IMG/VR virus record: IMGVR_UViG_3300002092_001784
Coordinates: 64,001-128,000 of that record
DNA from: a virus
Taxonomy: Duplodnaviria; Caudoviricetes
Length of the DNA stretch: 64,000 nucleotides
Direction: 5' to 3' (one strand)
In this document: piece after piece, positions 57,032-64,000 of the stretch
Position numbering within the stretch: the first letter of the stretch is position 1
Layout of the letters: each line of letters starts with the position of its first letter
Program-made: the position numbers and the translations under genes
The notes under the pieces: model-generated
Databases searched by the model: none
Seen by the model: only the letters and a program-made list of their open reading frames with translations
What the model was told of the DNA's origin: nothing

Positions 57032-57335
57032 AGAACAATTATTGAACGAAGCACTTCCGCATGAAGATATTCGTGATAGTATTTATGAATTGGGTATTGA
57101 AGAATATGTGGATTATATTGATAAATCCAAAAACGGATGGTATGAAAATTTGGAAAGGGAATCTAAACTATTCAAAGATATATCAGATGAACAATATTAT
57201 TCATCAGATTTTCTATTAGCATTGGATTACGCATTTGACCAAATTAAATTATCACCTGATGAAATTGGTACTGATGTATATATCGACTTATTAAAAGAGC
57301 AGGTCCTAATTTATTTGAAAAGTATTATCGTATAA
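57018..57335 (+). CDS. Hypothetical protein
   Basis: 105 aa ORF. Confidence 0.6.
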   Translation: MGKVKEQLLNEALPHEDIRDSIYELGIEEYVDYIDKSKNGWYENLERESKLFKDISDEQYYSSDFLLALDYAFDQIKLSPDEIGTDVYIDLLKEQVLIYLKSIIV

Positions 57336-57382
57336 TCATTATTTGGTTGAGTAGTTGATATTTATTGTAAACCAATAAACTA

Positions 57383-58135
57383 TTGACTATGGCAAACAAC
57401 AGGGTGTATGGCTGGAAACGACAAGCTCCAGACCACAGGGATTTAATTTATAAGGTAAGTGAACATACAAAACTACCAAAATCGGTTGATTTAAGACCAA
57501 ACTGTCCGCCGGTGTATGACCAAGGTTCTTTGGGTTCATGTACCGCTAATGCGATTGCTGGCGCAATTGAGTTTGATTTTCTGAAACAAAAGCATGAAGA
57601 TTACACACCGTCTCGATTGTTTATTTATTACAATGAACGATTGATTGAGGGTACACTTTCAGAAGATGCCGGAGCAGCATTGCGTGATGGTATAAAAACG
57701 GTTAATAAGTATGGAGTTTGTAATGAAACATTATGGCCTTACAATGTAAATAATTTTACAACAAAGCCAAGTGATGATGCATATACAACCGCATTGACCG
57801 ACATTGTTACAAAATACGAAGCATTAACAAATATACATTCTTACAAAGCAGCATTGGCAGCTGGGTATCCATTTGTATTCGGATTTTCCGTATATGGGGC
57901 ATTTGAATCAGAGGAAGTAGCAGCTACTGGAATTGTACCACAACCCGATTTGAACGATGAATTTATGGGTGGCCATGCAGTTTGTGCGGTAGGATATGAT
58001 GACGACAAAGAATGGTTTATCGTAAGAAACAGCTGGGGACCGAATTGGGGAGATAAAGGATACTTCTATTTACCATATTCTTATTTCAAACCGGGGCTTT
58101 CTGATGATTTTTGGGTAATTTATTTTATAGCATAA
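57383..58135 (+). CDS. C1 (papain-family) cysteine peptidase
   Basis: DQGSLGSCTANA, GGHAV and RNSWG catalytic motifs. Confidence 0.92.
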   Translation: MTMANNRVYGWKRQAPDHRDLIYKVSEHTKLPKSVDLRPNCPPVYDQGSLGSCTANAIAGAIEFDFLKQKHEDYTPSRLFIYYNERLIEGTLSEDAGAALRDGIKTVNKYGVCNETLWPYNVNNFTTKPSDDAYTTALTDIVTKYEALTNIHSYKAALAAGYPFVFGFSVYGAFESEEVAATGIVPQPDLNDEFMGGHAVCAVGYDDDKEWFIVRNSWGPNWGDKGYFYLPYSYFKPGLSDDFWVIYFIA

Positions 58136-58148
58136 ATTTCTCAATTAT

Positions 58149-58193
58149 TTAACATTAAAAGCTTGGTTATTCCAAGCTTTTTTTGTATCTTTA
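58149..58193 (+). promoter_or_regulatory. Promoter overlapping a terminator-like hairpin
   Basis: Same AAAAGCTTGG..CCAAGCTTTT palindrome as at 51657; TATCTTTA. Confidence 0.7.
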
Positions 58194-58215
58194 TAGTGTG
58201 TTAAAATAATAAGTT

Positions 58216-58494
58216 ATGAATATAGGAAACATTATCGATTATCAAAAACTTGCATTTGATAGAGCAATAGAACTGTATAAAGCAAGATACACATTTCAAC
58301 GTCCATTTGAGTTTGAATTGATGGGAATTTTAGTTGATTCGAGTTTTGTTATTGTTACGTTTATGGAAACAAAAACAACTCAGATTGATAGGCAGATGAT
58401 ATTATTTTCAGAATTGGATTTATCGGCTGAAGATTGGGATCATTATGTGGCAACACAAACACAAATATCCGAATGGAAGGAAGGGGTATTATGA
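58216..58494 (+). CDS. Hypothetical protein
   Basis: 92 aa ORF. Confidence 0.6.
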   Translation: MNIGNIIDYQKLAFDRAIELYKARYTFQRPFEFELMGILVDSSFVIVTFMETKTTQIDRQMILFSELDLSAEDWDHYVATQTQISEWKEGVL

Positions 58495-58766
58495 AACAAA
58501 AACCATCACTACTAATATGTTCATGTCATAATACAGAGCATCAAATGATTTTCTTATTTGATGAATGGGATGATACGGATGGTGCAGTTTATATTCACAC
58601 CCATTTGAACAAAGGAGGATTTTGGTATAGGTTGAAGTATGCCGTAAAATATATCTTCGGACACCAAAGTAGATATGGTGCATTTGATGAGTTCATCATT
58701 AAGCCGGAAGATGCCAATGAATTTGAGAAAGTGATTAAATACTTAAAACGAAACGAAATCAAATAA
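58491..58766 (+). CDS. Hypothetical phage protein
   Basis: CSCH..EH...FW.RLKYA.KYIFG..SRYG.FDE pattern. Confidence 0.65.
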   Translation: MKQKPSLLICSCHNTEHQMIFLFDEWDDTDGAVYIHTHLNKGGFWYRLKYAVKYIFGHQSRYGAFDEFIIKPEDANEFEKVIKYLKRNEIK

Positions 58767-58773
58767 TTAAATT

Positions 58774-59136
58774 ATGAAAAAGTTACTTAAAAAATTGGAT
58801 TGGTGGTTTGACATCAATATTGCTTATTACTTTTACAATGGTAATAAGATGCACCGTTACTATGAATACCTTGAACGGAAATGGGGAATTAAACCGGCAA
58901 CTATTCGAGAAAACGTATTGGAATTAAACGCAGATGCGGTTTTATGGGATGATTTGGATGAAGCTATAATTGGAATATCAGATGATAATAGAGTAGTTTA
59001 CAGTATTCAAAAAATGATTACCGAACTTCAAAAAAATAATAAGTGGACATATGAAGAAGCAGATGAGTGGGTAAATTATAATATAACAAGTGCTTATGTT
59101 GGCGAGTTCACACCGATACATATTTATGAATTTTAA
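58774..59136 (+). CDS. Hypothetical phage protein
   Basis: D.AIIG...VVYS..KM...A.EW..YN...AYVG..TPI pattern. Confidence 0.65.
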   Translation: MKKLLKKLDWWFDINIAYYFYNGNKMHRYYEYLERKWGIKPATIRENVLELNADAVLWDDLDEAIIGISDDNRVVYSIQKMITELQKNNKWTYEEADEWVNYNITSAYVGEFTPIHIYEF

Positions 59137-59148
59137 CAAAGGTTATTT

Positions 59149-59403
59149 ATGAAAAAAACATGCAATACTTGCACTTATAAAAGTGAAATAGCAAATTCAC
59201 ATCGTATTACTTGCCATTACTATTGGGAGAATAAACATCTATTGTACACATCACCCGCATCATTGAGTGATATATCGGATTATGCAAAGACAAGTGGATG
59301 GTTTGATTTTCCGTATGATTTTGATCCACTTTGGATTACAACGGACTGTAATGGTTATAAACGTGAAATTGATGAACCGATACTTTACACTAATGAATTT
59401 TAA
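59149..59403 (+). CDS. Cys-rich hypothetical protein
   Basis: CNTC...C...GWF.FP..FDP.W...C. Confidence 0.65.
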   Translation: MKKTCNTCTYKSEIANSHRITCHYYWENKHLLYTSPASLSDISDYAKTSGWFDFPYDFDPLWITTDCNGYKREIDEPILYTNEF

Positions 59404-59482
59404 GTTATGGAAGAAACTGCTATAATAATCGAAAATACTTATATCGTTGATTGGCAAATGGCAACCACAATTACAGTTACTA

Positions 59483-60481
59483 ATGGATAGAGAATTATTT
59501 ATAATATCCGCATATTGTCCGGCATTGGAACAGCAAATTCAGTTAAGAAATTTGGTCTATAAAATTAAAGAAGAGGGACGAAATGTATTATTGGTATCAC
59601 ATACGCATACACCAGATGATATAGTAAAGCAATGTGATTATTATTTTTATGACAAGGATAATTTACTTATTGATGCTTGGAAAACTGTGGGTAATTGGTA
59701 TTGGTATTCCGGTGATTTAAGTATGAACACTTACTTTAGTCTATTCAATTATTCTAATTATAGTGTACCGGCATTAAAACTGATGTTTCATGGGTTATTA
59801 TTGGGTAAGGAATTGGGATACAATAAAGCACATTTTTTGGTGTATGATACTGAAATCTTAAACTTTACTGTTTTTGATAAAAATAATCTATTGTTGGATG
59901 AGTACGATGCCATTGCATACAACATAAGAGAAGATTTCAATCCAATGCCGGCGGGATACTACATTGCTTTTAATTTGGACGGATATAGTTATGATGATTT
60001 AAGATTCGATCAAAACCGATTGGTAGAAGAACTGTCAGCATCAGATGAAGGCAATATTGGTGAGATAAGTATGATGAAAAACTTCTTATCATCTAAACGA
60101 TTCTCATTTGATCCAATATCCAAACTGGATTCTGATTCGATACGTGTTAATCTAAGCCATACATCGGATTCAACATATCTTGCCAAAAATGTTATAGCAT
60201 GTGCCTGTGTTAGAGAAGTATCCGGCATTGAAGATGGTGTAATATTTTTTATAAACAATAACGGTGGTATGGATATTAAGATTGAAATATTATTGAATGA
60301 TTCAAAATGGGTGGCTGTTACGGCAAATCCGTTTGAATGGCGATACATTTATCTATGTACCTTAGCCGAACTGCAAAATATCAAATTTTATATGGATGGC
60401 AAACCATTGCGTGAGATGGATTTTGTAAATGATATTCCAATCGATATTTTTAAGAAAAGAAGTGTATTTAGAACACCATAA
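59483..60481 (+). CDS. Hypothetical protein (possibly glycan-related)
   Basis: Start moved to ATG 59483 (MDRELFIISAYCP). Confidence 0.6.
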   Translation: MDRELFIISAYCPALEQQIQLRNLVYKIKEEGRNVLLVSHTHTPDDIVKQCDYYFYDKDNLLIDAWKTVGNWYWYSGDLSMNTYFSLFNYSNYSVPALKLMFHGLLLGKELGYNKAHFLVYDTEILNFTVFDKNNLLLDEYDAIAYNIREDFNPMPAGYYIAFNLDGYSYDDLRFDQNRLVEELSASDEGNIGEISMMKNFLSSKRFSFDPISKLDSDSIRVNLSHTSDSTYLAKNVIACACVREVSGIEDGVIFFINNNGGMDIKIEILLNDSKWVAVTANPFEWRYIYLCTLAELQNIKFYMDGKPLREMDFVNDIPIDIFKKRSVFRTP

Positions 60482-60482
60482 A

Positions 60483-60514
60483 TTTGGAAAATCCATTATT
60501 TTTTCGTATCTTTG
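60483..60514 (+). promoter_or_regulatory. Bacteroidota promoter
   Basis: TTTG-N20-TATCTTTG. Confidence 0.75.
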
Positions 60515-60551
60515 TATCATTCAAACTATAAAACAATTAAAACATAAAAAG

Positions 60552-60983
60552 ATGACATTAAATCAGGCTCTAAAGCGAAAGAACAAACTTGCATTAGAAA
60601 TTAAGAATTTATATGAAATTCTTAAAACTCAAAATTCTTTAGAAGAATCAGCTCCACGTAGATATTCAATTAAAACTACATTGGATACTATTAATCAAAA
60701 GATTTTAGAATTATCAAAACTGAAAGCAAAAATACATGGGGCAAATAAACCGATGTACGAACAGATTTTTTTAATTGCTGAACTAAAAGGTTTGGCAAAA
60801 CAACTCAAACAGATGCCAACCGATGAAGGTAAAGTATCGCAGAGGTTTGGCGGTAGTAGTGAATCAAAGACAGTTGAAATTGACATTGCATCGAAAAACG
60901 ATATTGTATCTTTTTTAGAAAACAGTATCGATGAATTGCAAGATACATTGGATAAATACAATGCAGTTACTACTATAAATTAA
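60552..60983 (+). CDS. DIP1984/DUF6847-like coiled-coil protein
   Basis: MTLNQALKRKNKL...N...LQD.LD..N..T.I pattern; start moved to 60552. Confidence 0.65.
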   Translation: MTLNQALKRKNKLALEIKNLYEILKTQNSLEESAPRRYSIKTTLDTINQKILELSKLKAKIHGANKPMYEQIFLIAELKGLAKQLKQMPTDEGKVSQRFGGSSESKTVEIDIASKNDIVSFLENSIDELQDTLDKYNAVTTIN

Positions 60984-60985
60984 TT

Positions 60986-61181
60986 TAGTGATTGGGAACG
61001 ATGATGATTGAGTTAAATAGATAATTCTACCCATGGCAGTTTGCCGGACTGTGATAATTGATAATGATAAAAATCTAGTAAAAATTCTATATTCAATTGG
61101 TCAATCTTTAGGCACATCAATTCTTAAAATTCATTGAAACTGTTATCTACTTTAGTTCTTTTGGATTCGTTCCCTACACTA
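60986..61181 (+). ncRNA. Rod-like 196-nt structured RNA
   Basis: Nested helices TAGTG/CACTA, GGGAACGA/TCGTTCCC, GAGTTAAATAGATAA/TTATCTACTTTAGTTC, CAGTTT/AAACTG, AATTGAT/ATCAATT. Confidence 0.65.
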
Positions 61182-61245
61182 TTATTAATTTATATCACTA
61201 ATACGGAGTTCATAATATTTATATAGGTATTAAACTTAACTTATT

Positions 61246-61449
61246 ATGAAAAACCGTATTAGTAATTTTATTCTAAATGTGGATGCTTTACATGTAGTTA
61301 TTGCAATAATAATAATAACTATATTAGATGTGTGGGTGTTTCCATTTACATGCATCGGTGATTACATTACCAATATTGCATCTGGATTAGCAGGTGGGAT
61401 TGCTGGAGCATATACATATCGACGTATTAAACAAAAATCATTAAAATAA
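61246..61449 (+). CDS. Small membrane protein
   Basis: Two TM segments and a basic tail. Confidence 0.55.
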   Translation: MKNRISNFILNVDALHVVIAIIIITILDVWVFPFTCIGDYITNIASGLAGGIAGAYTYRRIKQKSLK

Positions 61450-61464
61450 TAAAAAATAAAGGTT

Positions 61465-61740
61465 ATGAAGTGTATTAAATCAGAAGTTGGGGTTATAGAT
61501 AGAGTTAATGACGCATTGGCAGAAACGAGAGTTAATACCGGTGAGTGGAGTTATGTAGCGAAATCCGAATGGAAATCATTACGAATTAATGTTGGTAAGA
61601 AAGTAAAAGAAAAGAATACAGTTGATTCGCCCGAATCTAATACTGTAAATACTCAAATAACAGATGCAGTAACTACACCTAAGAAAAAGAAAAAGGAAAG
61701 AGTAGCTGACGAGAAATCAAAATCAAAGAAAAAGAAGTAA
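61465..61740 (+). CDS. Lys-rich hypothetical protein
   Basis: 91 aa ORF. Confidence 0.6.
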   Translation: MKCIKSEVGVIDRVNDALAETRVNTGEWSYVAKSEWKSLRINVGKKVKEKNTVDSPESNTVNTQITDAVTTPKKKKKERVADEKSKSKKKK

Positions 61741-61743
61741 TTT

Positions 61744-62691
61744 ATGTTGGATGATGTAACGATAATACTTCAAGGTAGAATTGACGAAGAGTGCTTTAAC
61801 CTTTGGTTGGCTAATTATTCGGAGTACAATGTAGTAATATCGACATGGACAGACTGCTCTATTGATTTTTCAAAAATAGAATTGCCAAGCCATTGGAAAT
61901 TGGTAAAGACAACATATCCATATACTAGACTTACTACGGATTCCAATTTGGATTATCAAGTAATAACTACACTTAGTGCTTTATATGCAACTAATACCAA
62001 ATGGGTAATTAAGATGCGATTGGATGAATATTGGTCTAATATGGAAGTGGTATATCGAAAAATGATATTGGATGAAAAAAAGATAGTCTGTGGTTCTATG
62101 TTTTTTAGACCTATGATAAATCAATATCCATGGCACATATCCGATCATGTAATGGGCGGTACTGTTGATAATATGAAATTAATGTTTGAAAAAACATTAC
62201 ATAATCTGGAAATAAAACTATGGGATTATCCTATACCAGAATCCCATTTGGGATTGGCATATGTTATGGCAAAAGAACCGGATTTAGATAGTTTGCCAAA
62301 CATTTCATATTATCTAAAAAAAGTTGATATAACAAAATCCGATTCTGAAATCAAAACAACAGTAAATGCATCGGTAGCTATGGTGGTTGATACTGCTATT
62401 AAACTACTTACTGATGCAATTATGGATGGCGATATCCCAAATTGGAAAGAAATGCATCGTAAATTACTATATAGCAAAGAAGTATTGAATGAAAGTATCA
62501 AATGTGTTGAGACTAAATTTGTTGATCATATAGATTACGCTAAATATCTTCCAATTTGGTTTGATATTGTGGATGTTAATCAATTAAAACCATATATTGC
62601 CACTCAATCATATGATATATGGGGTGATGGGCCGGGTCGTATTTGGTATCGTGATAATTTCGATAATAAAGATTGCATAACTCACTTTTAA
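61744..62691 (+). CDS. WavE-like glycan biosynthesis protein
   Basis: TIILQG, VVISTW, VIKMR.D and HISDH motifs. Confidence 0.6.
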   Translation: MLDDVTIILQGRIDEECFNLWLANYSEYNVVISTWTDCSIDFSKIELPSHWKLVKTTYPYTRLTTDSNLDYQVITTLSALYATNTKWVIKMRLDEYWSNMEVVYRKMILDEKKIVCGSMFFRPMINQYPWHISDHVMGGTVDNMKLMFEKTLHNLEIKLWDYPIPESHLGLAYVMAKEPDLDSLPNISYYLKKVDITKSDSEIKTTVNASVAMVVDTAIKLLTDAIMDGDIPNWKEMHRKLLYSKEVLNESIKCVETKFVDHIDYAKYLPIWFDIVDVNQLKPYIATQSYDIWGDGPGRIWYRDNFDNKDCITHF

Positions 62692-62700
62692 CTAAAAAAA

Positions 62701-62732
62701 TTTGGAAATACGAAATATTATTCGTATATTTA
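62701..62732 (+). promoter_or_regulatory. Bacteroidota promoter
   Basis: TTTG-N20-TATATTTA. Confidence 0.6.
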
Positions 62733-62750
62733 CATTATTAAATTAATAAA

Positions 62751-63971
62751 ATGAATGAAGTAACATCTTGTCCGATAACGGGCGATACTGAACGGTTTAC
62801 ATATATCAATTTGGGTGATATGCCATTGGTTAACAATTTATGCGATACTATGGATGAATCGTTTAAGTGTGATACATATCCATTAGCGGTTCAATATTTT
62901 ACTAAAAGTAAACTATCCTGTCTTACTCACAATATCGATCCGGATTTGGTATTTTCGCAATATTCATATAAATCAGGAGTAATCAAGCCATATGCCGAAC
63001 ATTGTAGAGAAATGTTTGATTTTCTAAATGATTATGCTAAGTTACACATACCCGGAATTACGGTGTTAGATATTGGTGGAAATGATGGAACTTTATTGAA
63101 AGAATTTTTGGGATTAAATCCAAAGCTGGACGTTCTAAATGTTGATGCATCGGAAAATCTAACTGAAGTGAGTTTTGTAGAAAATCACATACCTACCTTA
63201 AACGCATATTGGGGGGTTGAAACCGCTAAGCAATTAAATCGCAAATTCAAATTAATAACATCAACCAATGTTTTTCAACATACGCCACCAATAAAAGATT
63301 ATGTTGAGGCAGTTGCTATGAGTTTAGATACCAATGGATTGTGGTGTTTAGAATTTCCGTATTGGAAGGAAAGTATGGAAACTAAACAATATGATCAGAT
63401 TTATCACGAACACGTTTATTATTATTTAGTAGAGCCACTCAAATTATTATTTGACCAATATGGTTTGGATATTATAAAGATTGTAAAACAGCCAATACAT
63501 GGTGGTAGTTTACGATTACTTATAGCTAAAAAAGAAGATAAATGGCCAATATGCGGTAGTGTTGATGATCATATTTATTTTGAACAATATCTTACATCTG
63601 ACTACTATAAGGGTTGGGGTACTGATGTTCAGCTTTATATGGATACTTGCTGGGAGTTTTTAGCAGAATTGAAAAGTGAGGGAAACAATATAGTTGGATT
63701 TGGTGCAGCAGCAAAAGGGTGTGTATTTCTTAACAGTGTTGGTATAGATAATCTTACATTGGATGTTGTTATTGATGATACCGATTTGAAGCAAGATAAA
63801 TACATTCCCGGTACTGGTATTCAAATTAAGAGTAGGGAATACTTAAAGAACCATAAAGTGGATTACATTTTAATCCTAGCTCACAATTTTAAGGATGCCA
63901 TTATGGAAAGTTTGAAAGATGAATACAATGGTAAATTCATTATAATGTTTCCCACAATACAAATACTTTAA
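62751..63971 (+). CDS. NDP-sugar C-methyltransferase
   Basis: Zn-binding N-terminus (LGDMPL.N), LDIGGNDG, YDQIYHEH, HGGSLR and GFGAAAKG motifs. Confidence 0.9.
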   Translation: MNEVTSCPITGDTERFTYINLGDMPLVNNLCDTMDESFKCDTYPLAVQYFTKSKLSCLTHNIDPDLVFSQYSYKSGVIKPYAEHCREMFDFLNDYAKLHIPGITVLDIGGNDGTLLKEFLGLNPKLDVLNVDASENLTEVSFVENHIPTLNAYWGVETAKQLNRKFKLITSTNVFQHTPPIKDYVEAVAMSLDTNGLWCLEFPYWKESMETKQYDQIYHEHVYYYLVEPLKLLFDQYGLDIIKIVKQPIHGGSLRLLIAKKEDKWPICGSVDDHIYFEQYLTSDYYKGWGTDVQLYMDTCWEFLAELKSEGNNIVGFGAAAKGCVFLNSVGIDNLTLDVVIDDTDLKQDKYIPGTGIQIKSREYLKNHKVDYILILAHNFKDAIMESLKDEYNGKFIIMFPTIQIL

Positions 63972-64000
63972 TATAAATTAATATGTTACTACTAATCAAA

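Overview
This window looks like 64 kb of a large (probably jumbo) dsDNA phage that infects Bacteroidota. Essentially all real genes are on the + strand in the standard code, and no capsid, terminase or polymerase genes fall here. Host evidence: about 24 TTTG-N20-TAnnTTTG promoters, no Shine-Dalgarno motifs, a tmRNA with a GVNNYALAA tag, a DUF4494-like gene and Bacteroidota-like GroEL. Layout: (1) 1-21 kb, about 25 glycan-modifying genes plus a holin-like gene; (2) 21-31 kb, vWA protein, GroES, GroEL, MoxR-type AAA+, NADAR and macrodomain genes; (3) 31.6-50 kb, an RNA-rich region with tmRNA, a candidate type II restriction-modification pair, about 23 tRNA genes (several structurally odd), a GOLLD-like giant RNA, four RNAs with tRNA-like ends and no normal anticodon arm, further structured RNAs and boxA-like sites; (4) 50-64 kb, small probably early genes, a UDP-glucose dehydrogenase, a C1 protease and more glycan genes. 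Top finding: two unannotated leader-peptide attenuators (39497-39622 and 47313-47417). Each has a 9-10 bp antiterminator, an intrinsic terminator and a downstream tRNA array, and the leader codons mirror the anticodons of that array. This suggests a feedback sensor that switches on phage tRNAs when those tRNAs are depleted. All RNA folds were done by eye and family names come from motif recognition, not database searches.
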